From contig LNEN01000305.1 of the NCBI GenBank assembly GCA_001464155.1, positions 28,297-92,296 on the forward strand: a DNA stretch of 64,000 bases, given 5' to 3'. Made by a program: the position numbers and the translations under genes. The notes beneath the pieces were generated by a model. It made no database searches, was not told the origin of the DNA, and saw only the letters and a list, made by a program, of their open reading frames with translations. Shown here piece after piece: positions 38,364 through 47,569 of this stretch. This stretch comes from Cytophagales bacterium Ga0077538 (GTDB lineage Bacteria; Bacteroidota; Bacteroidia; Cytophagales; Cyclobacteriaceae). Position 1 is the stretch's first letter, and each line of letters begins with the position of its first letter.

Positions 38364-38439
38364 TGGCCGCTAGTGTTAATGGTAGCATTCTAGACTTTTA
38401 ATCTATGGAGTCTCGGTTCGAGTCCGAGGCGGCCAACCA
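38364..38439 (+). tRNA. tRNA-Lys(TTT)
   Basis: Cloverleaf plus CCA. Confidence 0.9.
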
Positions 38440-38847
38440 CTTAAGTTTCCAACTATTTAGTTGATGGGCAGATTTTATGCTATGACAGTTTGCGCAGAGC
38501 ACTTGACACTTCGCTATTTCTTTTATTAGAGTTTTAAGTGAGCAATGGTCGATTTCTGCAGATATATTAAAATTCTTATCGCTAAGATGATCAAACTGAA
38601 GCGTTAAGATATTAGATTCGCCACAAGCGCATGGATTGTTGCGAAGATGTTCGAGGACATGCATTTGATTTCGTTCTCGGTTGCGATCATTAAGTGATCT
38701 AACTAGTGCTTTGCGGTTAGGATCTTTATGATACACTTCACGATTTCGAGTATTGAGACAAAGCTTACACCACGAGTGATGACGATCTTTGGATTTGCCA
38801 AAATCTGTCAATAACTTTATCTCTTTACATTTTGTACAGGTTTTCAT
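38398..38847 (-). CDS. HNH endonuclease, paralog of 33993-34436, inverted in tRNA operon 2
   Basis: CTKC, NPC.CGES, FDH, LCANCH. Confidence 0.85.
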   Translation of the reverse strand: MKTCTKCKEIKLLTDFGKSKDRHHSWCKLCLNTRNREVYHKDPNRKALVRSLNDRNRERNQMHVLEHLRNNPCACGESNILTLQFDHLSDKNFNISAEIDHCSLKTLIKEIAKCQVLCANCHSIKSAHQLNSWKLKWLAASDSNRDSID

Positions 38848-38862
38848 TAAATGATTTTACCT

Positions 38863-38936
38863 AGCGCCATCTTCTATGGGTAGGAAACTGTGCTTTCAAC
38901 ACAGGAAAACGGGTTCGAGTCCCGTTGGCGCTTCCA
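38863..38936 (+). tRNA. tRNA-Glu(TTC)
   Basis: Cloverleaf plus CCA. Confidence 0.9.
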
Positions 38937-38937
38937 C

Positions 38938-39102
38938 TTAATCTAAACCAAATCCGTCTTCATCCATCTTTTGCATACACATTCGCATAGTTGGCTTGTT
39001 ATAAAGCAACGATGTAATAAAATCTAGAAAGTGTTTCTTGATCTTTTCTTCTTTTTCGTAGGCACGTCTAGCGCGCCAGTAATCAGACATTCCATCACTC
39101 AT
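38938..39102 (-). CDS. Small hypothetical protein (54 aa), not in ORF track
   Basis: MSDGMSDYWRARR...FGLD ORF filling the gap. Confidence 0.45.
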   Translation of the reverse strand: MSDGMSDYWRARRAYEKEEKIKKHFLDFITSLLYNKPTMRMCMQKMDEDGFGLD

Positions 39103-39111
39103 ATATTTATT

Positions 39112-39381
39112 TTACCAACCGCGTTCTTTTGCTAATTGTTTTGCAGCAGGGATGTTGAACTTGCGAAGCAGTGTCAAGAGTTTCATTTGGTGGTATTCGT
39201 TCATATTCTGAACATGTCCACCGCCGTAGTAATCCCACCATGGATGTTCCCATGGGCTTTCGTCATCCCAATCATGCATCCATGGGCAACTCCAGTAGAC
39301 TTGCTCCTCAACTAAGGTGAGCCAGTACTCTACTTCTTCTGATCTATTGTATTTAGGATTATCTTTGCGGCGCCAGCTCAT
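39112..39381 (-). CDS. Trp-rich hypothetical protein (leaderless)
   Basis: TGG-TATAAT 7 nt before ATG. Confidence 0.55.
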   Translation of the reverse strand: MSWRRKDNPKYNRSEEVEYWLTLVEEQVYWSCPWMHDWDDESPWEHPWWDYYGGGHVQNMNEYHQMKLLTLLRKFNIPAAKQLAKERGW

Positions 39382-39514
39382 GCTGACTATTATACCATTC
39401 GACTAGATGCACGCTTCATCTCTGCTAACTCTCTAGTGTAAACAGCCGATCTTACCCCAAGTTTTTGGAGTAAGACCAGCAATGCAAGAGTGACTTTATA
39501 TCTTTGGCGACCCA

Positions 39515-41005
39515 TTATTTAATATGGGCCTGAATACGAGCTCTAATATCAGAGAAATTTTCATCAATAAGAAGTGTTCCATTGCGGAAAACCTCACGAA
39601 GCATATCGCCTTTAATAACATCATCAAGGCTTAATCCATCACGAACCATATAGCTATCACCATCTTTAAGAACCGCAACGCGACCCTTTTGAGACTTCTT
39701 AGTTCCATCATCAGTCTTAGGATTCTTAAATATTTGCTTCTCAATACCATCGATAACACATAGCGTTGATTTAAGAGCGTATCCAAAAGTATCACGAGTG
39801 TTGTATTGATAAGTATAAGATCCAATACCAAATACTACATTAGTTGAAGCAAAGCCTTTAGCTTCCAATCGACTCATGATCTCTTCAGCTCGTTTAAGAG
39901 TGATAGCATCGCCATAGATCAATCCAATATGAGAGTCCAATACTTTGTATCCAGTTGCACTCTCTGTTCCTCCAAAGATCTCATAGAGACATTCGATTGC
40001 ACCCTTATATTCTGGTGTTCCAACTGGAGCAGAAGGATCACCGCATACGATTAGTACAGGATCACCAGAGTCAGGGCGAATAACAACCTTATCGCCAACT
40101 GGTCCACCTTTTCTAGCTATGATCTCTTTCTTCAATGAAGGAATAACACGTGTTATAACATCCCAGAAATCATAACCATCAGAAACAATTGATACGATTC
40201 CTGAAGGATGAACCTCTGAAAGCATTCGCTTAAGATACTTGGCATCATCGCCGTATGCGCACTGAATTGAGTGCTCAGTAGCTGGAACAGAAGTTCCAAC
40301 AAGTTCTTTCTCAACGTTTGCATTATAGTAGTATTCAGCTGCAGAGATAGCAGGGATGGTATCAGTTCCAGCAAAGCCAGCAACTAAGTGACCCATACCG
40401 CTCAAGATAGCTGAACGAAGGCTAGACATGCCACGCATAGAGAAGTCATGACCTTGAAAGATCGTAAATGCAACTGCTTCAGGGTGAGTAGCTAATGCAA
40501 ATTCATCCATCATGCGCTTATACTCAATAGCAAGAGTTGCAGATGTAGATGGTTGCCACAACTCACACGAAGCCAAAGACTCAATGAAGTTTGTTAACCA
40601 GAAGAAGCGTGGATCTGTGTTTTGAATGGTAAGGGTAGGAACGCGAGTTGGAACAATAGTTCCTTCAGGAAGAGCTTTGATTGATAAAGGTAAGTAGCCA
40701 AGATCATGAAGATCTTCTAAGTGTTTTGTCTCAGGATTTGGATCACCTAATGTAGCTTTGATCAATCGCTTATATTCAGCGATGACATCAGCTTTAGGGC
40801 GATTAAAGAAGTGCTCTTGGAATACATCCAAAAGATATTCTTTGATAAATGCTTGTGTGCCGAAGGCAACCACATTATCAACACCTTTTATTCTGCTTGT
40901 TCTTGGGGTCCACGTAGAGTAGACAACTTCGGTTCCCTCTGGATACATTGCGCGATGGGCAATTTTATAGAAATCACAAAGGGTGGGTACGATCACTTGT
41001 TTCAT
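39515..41005 (-). CDS. nadV: Nicotinamide phosphoribosyltransferase family (NadV/Namat-like)
   Basis: DFYK..H, HDFSMRG, SVPATEHS, VSDGYD, IRPDSGDP, IYGDAIT, KKSQKG. Confidence 0.92.
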   Translation of the reverse strand: MKQVIVPTLCDFYKIAHRAMYPEGTEVVYSTWTPRTSRIKGVDNVVAFGTQAFIKEYLLDVFQEHFFNRPKADVIAEYKRLIKATLGDPNPETKHLEDLHDLGYLPLSIKALPEGTIVPTRVPTLTIQNTDPRFFWLTNFIESLASCELWQPSTSATLAIEYKRMMDEFALATHPEAVAFTIFQGHDFSMRGMSSLRSAILSGMGHLVAGFAGTDTIPAISAAEYYYNANVEKELVGTSVPATEHSIQCAYGDDAKYLKRMLSEVHPSGIVSIVSDGYDFWDVITRVIPSLKKEIIARKGGPVGDKVVIRPDSGDPVLIVCGDPSAPVGTPEYKGAIECLYEIFGGTESATGYKVLDSHIGLIYGDAITLKRAEEIMSRLEAKGFASTNVVFGIGSYTYQYNTRDTFGYALKSTLCVIDGIEKQIFKNPKTDDGTKKSQKGRVAVLKDGDSYMVRDGLSLDDVIKGDMLREVFRNGTLLIDENFSDIRARIQAHIK

Positions 41006-41072
41006 AGCATAATCTCCTATGCATGTTTATGTTGCGCCCTAATATCCAAAGAGGGCGTTGTTTATATTATAC

Positions 41073-41354
41073 TTAATCTTTTCGTAAGTTCTTGGCTTCT
41101 GTTGTAATATAGTTAACAGTAACGTTAGGGCAAGTTACATCATACAGAGTTACTGTATCGTTATTATAGTCCATATCTAAATACTGAGTCGCAACTCCAC
41201 TACAGCCCTTATAAAAGCCAGTTTTTACATGATAAATTTGTCCAATACTAATGCCTAGTGATTCAGCAGAATCTGAATTGCGACCAGGGATGCGATCAGA
41301 GTTACCTGTACAACTGATAAGAAAGCCTACAAATACAATAGCTATTAATCTCAC
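41073..41354 (-). CDS. Putative lipoprotein
   Basis: Lipobox LISC. Confidence 0.55.
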   Translation of the reverse strand: MRLIAIVFVGFLISCTGNSDRIPGRNSDSAESLGISIGQIYHVKTGFYKGCSGVATQYLDMDYNNDTVTLYDVTCPNVTVNYITTEAKNLRKD

Positions 41355-41548
41355 TTTGCCTCCTTATAAGTGCAAACATTTTTAACCATAATTTGCCAGC
41401 ATGCTTGTTTATTACTTAAAGCTTCTTTAGAACATTCATTAACAAGCTTTTCTAAACTTTGAAGTTGCTCTTGATTGCAATAATAATTACTGCTATTTTC
41501 ACGGCCGCAACCAACTAATACTAAACTTAAAAGTATGAAATATTTCAT
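41351..41548 (-). CDS. Putative lipoprotein
   Basis: Lipobox LVGC. Confidence 0.55.
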   Translation of the reverse strand: MKYFILLSLVLVGCGRENSSNYYCNQEQLQSLEKLVNECSKEALSNKQACWQIMVKNVCTYKEAK

Positions 41549-42048
41549 TTTGCCTCCGGATCGCACACAATCCAGTTAATTCTTTTAAAGTCTTTGAGAA
41601 CTGTTTTAAGGATCAATTCGGAATCTTGCCATGGGACATTGAATAAGCCTGAGTTGAATTTATTAGAATAAACATTGATTGTTTCATGTTCATCTTTTGG
41701 ATGGGCCATATAGATTTTCTTACATAGCTCCATTAAAGCCATTGTGGTATGTATTTTAATTAACTCAGGTGAATCTTTTAATTCACCATAATTGTGCGAA
41801 GTAACAATCCATCCAACCCAGTGAGCCTCAGATGTATGGAATGTGGATAAAGAAGCTCTACCGCAAGCAGAACCTCTAGATTTATTAGCATTAATGCAAA
41901 AGCTATTGTAGTCAATAAAGCTAAACGGATACTTTTCCTTAAACGGTTTAGCAATACCAGAACCCCAAACACCCTGAGAATTACAGGCATGAATTATTAC
42001 TGATTCAGCTGGAGCATCAAATAAAGATATGTTTTGATAACTTATCAC
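41545..42048 (-). CDS. Macrodomain protein (Poa1/DarG-like ADP-ribose processing)
   Basis: IIHACNSQGVWGSGIA..F...YP; KFNSGLF.VPW. Confidence 0.85.
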   Translation of the reverse strand: MISYQNISLFDAPAESVIIHACNSQGVWGSGIAKPFKEKYPFSFIDYNSFCINANKSRGSACGRASLSTFHTSEAHWVGWIVTSHNYGELKDSPELIKIHTTMALMELCKKIYMAHPKDEHETINVYSNKFNSGLFNVPWQDSELILKTVLKDFKRINWIVCDPEAK

Positions 42049-42263
42049 TTAAGCTCCTTTAATATTTGTTTTAATACTTTTACTTTAGCTAAGTTTTCAA
42101 TATCGTCTTCTAATTCGTCTTTACCTCTGTCATAGTTCATAAAACATTCATCTATGTAGAATTGAATAGCTTCTTTTAGAAGTTTTGTTTTATTTATTTT
42201 TGTTTGACATTGAATAGATTTGCCATTAAACTTTTTAATTGTTACTTTTACTTTTACTACCAT
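42045..42263 (-). CDS. Hypothetical protein
   Basis: Coupled ORF. Confidence 0.5.
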   Translation of the reverse strand: MVVKVKVTIKKFNGKSIQCQTKINKTKLLKEAIQFYIDECFMNYDRGKDELEDDIENLAKVKVLKQILKELK

Positions 42264-43063
42264 ATTTTAAAACCCTCAGGATTACGTAGTAGACTATTAG
42301 TTGTGTATACATTTTTGATGCCAGCATCATGAAGAACTTGTCTGCCTTTGCTAAATAATCCATGGCTCACTACTAAGTTTATCTCTTTAGTCTTAAACTC
42401 TCTTAAATATTCTGCAACCTTAATGAAGGTCATTCCGCCATCGCAAATGTCATCTACGATTAATAGATTTTCGTCACGTAAATTTAAACCTTGTGGATTT
42501 ATCATTTTAATGCCAGTGATAACACCTGTTAATTGATCTCTAACTTTTTCAAAATAAATGTAAGGCATATAGCTTAGGTTTTTATATCGCTCAGCAGCAC
42601 CTTTATCTGGAAAGCAAACTATGCTTGCTTTAGATACATCTAAAATATGCTCATGAAATTCAGTTACTTTAGGAAGCCCAGTGAATGCATCTTCGTATAC
42701 CATAGAGGTTTTAGAGTGGGCATCAAATGTTTCAATGCGAGTGATATTTGCATTGTGCATAATCTCTTTAAATACATGTAAGGCAAATGATAACTTATTA
42801 TCAAGAGCTTTATCTTGGCGGCCATAAGGTAAGTAAGGAACTCTTAGCGTGCATGTGTCTGCATTAAGAACTCTTTGAACTAGCATAGCGAGCTGAACTA
42901 CATGCATCACTTCAGCTTCAGATTCAAACAGCCACAAGATTACAGGGTCATCGCCGTATGTATCATATACAACGTCTTCTAACTTCCAAACTTGAGAAGT
43001 ACCATCGGGGAAAATTGTAGTCTCAAATTTAACTTCATTTCCATTAACTAAAAGTTTTACCAT
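42257..43063 (-). CDS. prs: Ribose-phosphate pyrophosphokinase family (Adps-like)
   Basis: FPDG, PYLPYGRQD, FDAHS, PDKGA, IVDDICDGGMTF, SHGLFS. Confidence 0.9.
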   Translation of the reverse strand: MVKLLVNGNEVKFETTIFPDGTSQVWKLEDVVYDTYGDDPVILWLFESEAEVMHVVQLAMLVQRVLNADTCTLRVPYLPYGRQDKALDNKLSFALHVFKEIMHNANITRIETFDAHSKTSMVYEDAFTGLPKVTEFHEHILDVSKASIVCFPDKGAAERYKNLSYMPYIYFEKVRDQLTGVITGIKMINPQGLNLRDENLLIVDDICDGGMTFIKVAEYLREFKTKEINLVVSHGLFSKGRQVLHDAGIKNVYTTNSLLRNPEGFKIW

Positions 43064-43254
43064 ATACCACTTCCATAAAGTAAGTAAAGAAAAAATAATA
43101 TAGAGAAAGGACCTAGTGCGATAGAGAAGATAAAGCCACGCAGATAGCCCCAGAAACTAGACTTATCAAACTTTGGTAGCTGATCTAATATGTAGCGAAT
43201 TCTTAATAAAAGATACCAACCGATTAAGCCTAATACAACCCAAATGATTACCAT
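43057..43254 (-). CDS. Small membrane protein
   Basis: Two hydrophobic segments. Confidence 0.5.
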   Translation of the reverse strand: MVIIWVVLGLIGWYLLLRIRYILDQLPKFDKSSFWGYLRGFIFSIALGPFSILFFLYLLYGSGIW

Positions 43255-43781
43255 GCTTGCGACCTTTCAGAGGGGTCGTTATTACCGTATCCCATTAGGA
43301 AATCTAAGTGACGCCACATAGCATCATGTGTTCCTGATTTATATAGCTTTTCTCTAAAGCCATCATATTCTTTAGCATACATTTTAATCTTGCCACCATC
43401 TCTTAAATCAATGCTGGCTTCTGTGTTTGCAATTCTATCTGCAAGCTTTAAAGTAATAGCGTCATCAGACGCTTGAATTTTAGGGTAAGTTTTTTCATGT
43501 CGCTCTTTGCGATTTTTGCCTGGCTCATTTGTAACCCTTTGAACTAGATCAAGGGTGCGACGACCAAATGTAGCTTCAATGGCTAGTGGAGTTAATTCAG
43601 TATCTTCAAGAGAGTCATGCAACCAGCCAGCACATAACATATCTTTATCTGTAATTCCAAAACGAATAAGCACTGCAACTACATCTCCAAGATGTTTAAT
43701 ATAAGGAAATGTTCCATATTTTTGTTCTTTATGGGCCATTGAAGCTATAGCTTCAGCGGCTTGCAGTGCTTGCATATCCAT
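43248..43781 (-). CDS. HD-domain small alarmone hydrolase-like (Mesh1/SpoT HD) protein
   Basis: AH..Q....PY..H, LHDSLEDT, KLADR..N. Confidence 0.85.
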   Translation of the reverse strand: MDMQALQAAEAIASMAHKEQKYGTFPYIKHLGDVVAVLIRFGITDKDMLCAGWLHDSLEDTELTPLAIEATFGRRTLDLVQRVTNEPGKNRKERHEKTYPKIQASDDAITLKLADRIANTEASIDLRDGGKIKMYAKEYDGFREKLYKSGTHDAMWRHLDFLMGYGNNDPSERSQAW

Positions 43782-43897
43782 ATTATTTGTCGTCTTTTTT
43801 AGTGTTTTCTTTGATTAGCTTTACGCCAATACCAAGGATCAAAGAAGCAACTGCAATGATTAAAAGACCAATGCCTAAGCTTACTAATACGCCCATA

Positions 43898-44281
43898 TTA
43901 TTCCTCCGTTACAAGTTTTTGTTCAGTTACAATTTTATATTTCACATCTACCATACATCGATAGATATACCCATCTTTACAATCAGAAAAAGTCATGCCG
44001 CAAGCAATGTCATCGTCATTGCGATCGTAACATACTGTGTTACCGCTTTTAGTGCTTATATGATAAGCAAAAACTTCTTCATATTGAGGGCCTGATGGTT
44101 CTTGGGGTTCAGAGACATTAGAAGAGCTACTTCCAGAATCTCTATAAACAGAAAGTTGATTTTGACAAGTTTCAAGTTGTTCAGTGGTAAACCTAAGATC
44201 ATGTTTAGCTGTACGCAACTCAGATGAGTTATCATTACAACCAGCAAGCAATAAAGTTAAAGCAAGAATTGTATATTTCAT
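43898..44281 (-). CDS. Putative lipoprotein
   Basis: Lipobox LAGC; SD GGAG. Confidence 0.6.
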   Translation of the reverse strand: MKYTILALTLLLAGCNDNSSELRTAKHDLRFTTEQLETCQNQLSVYRDSGSSSSNVSEPQEPSGPQYEEVFAYHISTKSGNTVCYDRNDDDIACGMTFSDCKDGYIYRCMVDVKYKIVTEQKLVTEE

Positions 44282-44297
44282 GTGCTCTCCTAACTAG

Positions 44298-44326
44298 AAA
44301 AGGGACCTAGCTTTCGCTAGATCCCT
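44298..44326 (-). terminator. Terminator after SPFH gene
   Basis: AGGGATCTAGC-GAAA-GCTAGGTCCCT-TTT on - strand. Confidence 0.8.
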
Positions 44327-44347
44327 ATTGGAACCGATAAGATTATC

Positions 44348-45544
44348 TTATTTTTCTTTATTCATGCGCTCATTGATTCGCATGAAAGACTCAAGACCTA
44401 CAGCGTCAAAAGGATTTGTTGATCCGCCTTTAGAATCACCACCAATGATTAACATGCCAGGAAATTGTACTTTAGCTAATTCAGCAGCAACACCAATTTT
44501 TGTTTCTTTATCAATTGTTGCGCGTTCAAGAGGTGTAAGACCAGCAGACACTTTCAATCGATTGATCTCAGCAAGTGCTTTACCTTTTACGATATCTGCA
44601 GCAGCTTCCTCTTTAGCTTTTTGAGCGTTCAATTTAGCAACTTCAAATTCTTTTTGAGCGATAGTTACTTCTTTGATTTTCTCAACATCTTGATTAGCTT
44701 TTTCAGTAGCAATTCGCGCATTACCTTGTTCACGAGCAGTAATTGCATCCTGTTTAGCTCGCTCAGCGTTAGCTTGGGCAACAACTTTTTGTTGTTCAGC
44801 TTCTTTCTTTTTAGAGATTAAGGCATCAATAGTTTGATCAAAGTCGATATCTTTAATAACAAACTGAATGATTTCAATACCATATTGTTTTAATGGAGAG
44901 TCTTTTCTAACAATAGGAAGACCTTTATCATTTCTGCTAATATTTACTTCTGCAACAATAAACTCATTACCGTCTGCATCTTTTTCTTTAACACGTTTAG
45001 ATACGGTTTCAAAGATACCTTCGACAATTTGGCTTTCAGCAAAGTCAGTAAATTCAGACCTACGAGTAGAGTAGGAATCTTCAGCGCGCATTAGAGGTGC
45101 AGTTTGCATAAGAGCCTCTGTAACCACTTGTCGCATTAAGTCGTGTTTAATGGCTTCAAAGTTCTTAAAATCTCGGTGTAAAGCTAATCGTTTTTCAGGA
45201 TCTTGAGGTAATCGAAACTTCACCATTCCTGAGATTTCTGCCGTACCACCATCGTTAAACCTTACCTTAATTGCTTCCGCATTACTTTGATCTCCTCGGC
45301 TATCGCCTTCAGTCTTGCTGAAGTAATAAACGTCTGAGATTTGATAAGTCGTGATGTTTGCAAACATCTGCATGTATGTTCCAGGATCCGCTATAACAGT
45401 CATGCTACCTGTTACTGACGCTTGTTTGATCTGATAATAGCCAGCATTATTTGTCTCCAAAATCTGCTTGCCCACTGTAGCTAGTGTGATTACCAAGATC
45501 AGGGCGACTACTGCACCACCGATCAACTTAATACGATTGTCCAT
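44348..45544 (-). CDS. SPFH/band-7 domain membrane protein
   Basis: N-terminal TM, VRFNDGG, YGIEI..F.I.DIDF, A/E/K-rich coiled-coil. Confidence 0.85.
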   Translation of the reverse strand: MDNRIKLIGGAVVALILVITLATVGKQILETNNAGYYQIKQASVTGSMTVIADPGTYMQMFANITTYQISDVYYFSKTEGDSRGDQSNAEAIKVRFNDGGTAEISGMVKFRLPQDPEKRLALHRDFKNFEAIKHDLMRQVVTEALMQTAPLMRAEDSYSTRRSEFTDFAESQIVEGIFETVSKRVKEKDADGNEFIVAEVNISRNDKGLPIVRKDSPLKQYGIEIIQFVIKDIDFDQTIDALISKKKEAEQQKVVAQANAERAKQDAITAREQGNARIATEKANQDVEKIKEVTIAQKEFEVAKLNAQKAKEEAAADIVKGKALAEINRLKVSAGLTPLERATIDKETKIGVAAELAKVQFPGMLIIGGDSKGGSTNPFDAVGLESFMRINERMNKEK

Positions 45545-45603
45545 TAAAACTCCTTTGTTTTGTTATAGAACTGTTTGTTTTATTTCAAATCAGATACTTT
45601 GTA

Positions 45604-45801
45604 CTATTTGCATTTAGCAATGCTGTAATTGCCAAATTGGTCGGCTGTGTACTTTACAGTGGCACCAGATGTAAATTGTAAGTATACAACTCCATCGATA
45701 CATATTTCAGATGCATTGCCAGTAAGTCTAGCCATAAATCTATCGACGCCACCGCAACCAGATAAAGCTGTAACAGCTAATACTAAAACTAAAAACTTCA
45801 T
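45604..45801 (-). CDS. Small lipoprotein
   Basis: LSGC lipobox, CIDGVVYL motif. Confidence 0.65.
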   Translation of the reverse strand: MKFLVLVLAVTALSGCGGVDRFMARLTGNASEICIDGVVYLQFTSGATVKYTADQFGNYSIAKCK

Positions 45802-45919
45802 ATTTTCTCCTTTGTTATTTCAAAATGTTTAATAAGTGCAGATAAAAACTCAGTAAGCTCTGGAGCTCGCCAAGCGTGCTCTACGTAAGTGTGAGCATTA
45901 TGCGAATAATGATAATGGT

Positions 45920-46210
45920 TTAATTTAAGATTTGCTTTTCAAAGACAAAGTCCATATAAGCTCTATCTATTGTGTCATTGTGGTGATCCTCAGGTGGATC
46001 AAAGAACTTACGTAATTCATGCTTATATTGTCTACAAATACAACCATTTCCTCTATTATGAATAGTTATTTCTTGTAAACCTCTATAAGCCATCATTTTC
46101 TCAAAATCAAACTCCCAGTTATTTATCATAATCATGTGTTTTATTTGTTTCAGAAATGGAGTCCCACCGCAGTAATTCTCTGCGTTTCCTGGGTTTGCAA
46201 TCCAGTACAT
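45920..46210 (-). CDS. Hypothetical protein
   Basis: ORF after tRNA operon 3; start uncertain. Confidence 0.45.
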   Translation of the reverse strand: MYWIANPGNAENYCGGTPFLKQIKHMIMINNWEFDFEKMMAYRGLQEITIHNRGNGCICRQYKHELRKFFDPPEDHHNDTIDRAYMDFVFEKQILN

Positions 46211-46233
46211 TAATTTTATGTTAGAGGGACAAG

Positions 46234-46321
46234 TGGAGGAAAGCAACGGACTCGAACCGTAGACCCCGAAGAGTCCGAAGTGTTTAGCAAACACCCTCCG
46301 CTCCTAGCGGATTTACTTTCC
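46234..46321 (-). tRNA. tRNA-Ser(GCT)
   Basis: Long variable arm, cloverleaf plus CCA. Confidence 0.9.
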
Positions 46322-46322
46322 A

Positions 46323-46392
46323 TGGTAGTTCCATGAGGAGTCGAACCTCGTTAGCCAGATTAGAAGTCCGGCGACCGTCCATCGGTGGAACT
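46323..46392 (-). tRNA. tRNA-Arg(TCT), shortened D region (70 nt)
   Basis: Acceptor, anticodon and T arms intact. Confidence 0.75.
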
Positions 46393-46396
46393 GAAG

Positions 46397-46473
46397 TGGT
46401 GCTCGACCTCGGATTCGAACCGAGACTTGACCGATTTTAAGCCGGTTGCCTCTGCCAGTTGGGCTAGTCGAGC
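46397..46473 (-). tRNA. tRNA-Leu(TAA), short variable region
   Basis: Cloverleaf plus CCA. Confidence 0.9.
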
Positions 46474-46475
46474 AT

Positions 46476-46564
46476 TGGTGTATGTTGAAGGAGTTGAACC
46501 ATTCGTCGCCCGCTCGTTTGTTTAATGACCTCTGTTTTACAGACAGATAACGAGAACAACATAC
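46476..46564 (-). tRNA. tRNA-Tyr(GTA)-like RNA lacking a D arm
   Basis: Acceptor GTATGTT/AACATAC, anticodon arm TCTGT-CTGTAAA-ACAGA, GGTTCAACTCC, ACCA. Confidence 0.7.
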
Positions 46565-46566
46565 GT

Positions 46567-46659
46567 TGGAGGAAGGCTAGAGAATCGAACTCTCGACGTG
46601 GTCTTAGCACGTCGCGCTAGTTTTCAAGACTAGTTGCACACCATTGCGCCGAACCTTCC
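46567..46659 (-). tRNA. tRNA-Ser(TGA)
   Basis: Long variable arm, cloverleaf plus CCA. Confidence 0.9.
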
Positions 46660-46684
46660 AATTTGTTTTTGATTTAATAAAGGA

Positions 46685-47096
46685 GCTAAGAGTGGGTCTA
46701 TAAGCGGCGTTCTGTTCTTGCACTATCATTCGTCTTGTTTGTAAGTTGCCTTACAAATCTTTGCCCATAACCCGATGACTAGGCGAGTAGCCTCATTGTC
46801 ATCCTATTTACAGTTGCTGCGCGTACGCTGTCGCCCGTTTCACCCGTTATCACTAACTATCCAGCAGCGTTTCCGGATTATCAGTCCGGTGCTTTCCTAC
46901 TCTTAGCCGCTTCTGGCGCCGCAATTTGAAGTTGCCCTCAAATTACCCCATGCTGCGTTTATAACGATTCGTCTCTGTTGCCGTCGCTCACCTCGCGGTG
47001 GAAGGGAATTACCCTCTACGCTTACTCTATGCAGCCCCGACTTTCCTCACTCACCGTATTGCACGGATATGCGCGATAGTCCGACCCACTCTTAGC
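46685..47096 (-). ncRNA. rnpB: RNase P RNA
   Basis: P1 GCTAAGAGTGGGTC/GACCCACTCTTAGC; GAGGAAAGTC, CAACAGAGA, GGGTGAAAC and AACAGAACGCCGCTTAT conserved regions. Confidence 0.92.
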
Positions 47097-47141
47097 GAAA
47101 TTATTATACTTTCAGATCTCCTTCATTAATTTGTTTAAAGT

Positions 47142-47217
47142 TGGTGCAACCTCTCAGAATCGAACTTACTTTACCTGTGCTTCAAACAGGAGTCATGACC
47201 ACATCTACGAAAGTTGC
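47142..47217 (-). tRNA. tRNA-Phe(GAA), mispaired T stem (possible pseudo)
   Basis: Anticodon arm and acceptor intact; T stem GTAAG/CTGAG; 5' end overlapped by HNH. Confidence 0.65.
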
Positions 47218-47549
47218 ATATCTAATTTTTCGTGTTCTTCAGCGTGACAATTAGCACAAAGTAAAACACATTTATCTAATTCTTCTTTAAGTTTATGCCA
47301 TGCCCTGGTTTCACCCTTACCACCTATGCCAAACTCTTTTTGAGCAGGATCTAGATGATGAAATTGTAAAGCATTCATCGACTTATCGTAACCACAACGG
47401 CTACACTTACTTCCTTTATATTCAACTGCTTTTAACTTTAATCGTTTTCTAGCTAGCTGAGTGTTATTATTGTTTCTACATCTGATAGAGCAAAATTTCT
47501 CTTGCGCTCCAGTTAACTCATTACTACAATGTTTATATGTACATTTCAT
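47205..47549 (-). CDS. HNH endonuclease
   Basis: FCS..C, CSRCGY, LQFHH.DP..K.F, LCANCHAEEH. Confidence 0.85.
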   Translation of the reverse strand: MKCTYKHCSNELTGAQEKFCSIRCRNNNNTQLARKRLKLKAVEYKGSKCSRCGYDKSMNALQFHHLDPAQKEFGIGGKGETRAWHKLKEELDKCVLLCANCHAEEHEKLDMQLS

Positions 47550-47569
47550 GTTATTTTTATACGAAAGTA

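Noticed and set aside
46567..46659. Selenocysteine or opal-suppressor tRNA
   Set aside because: Anticodon reads TGA (Ser, decoding UCA), not TCA
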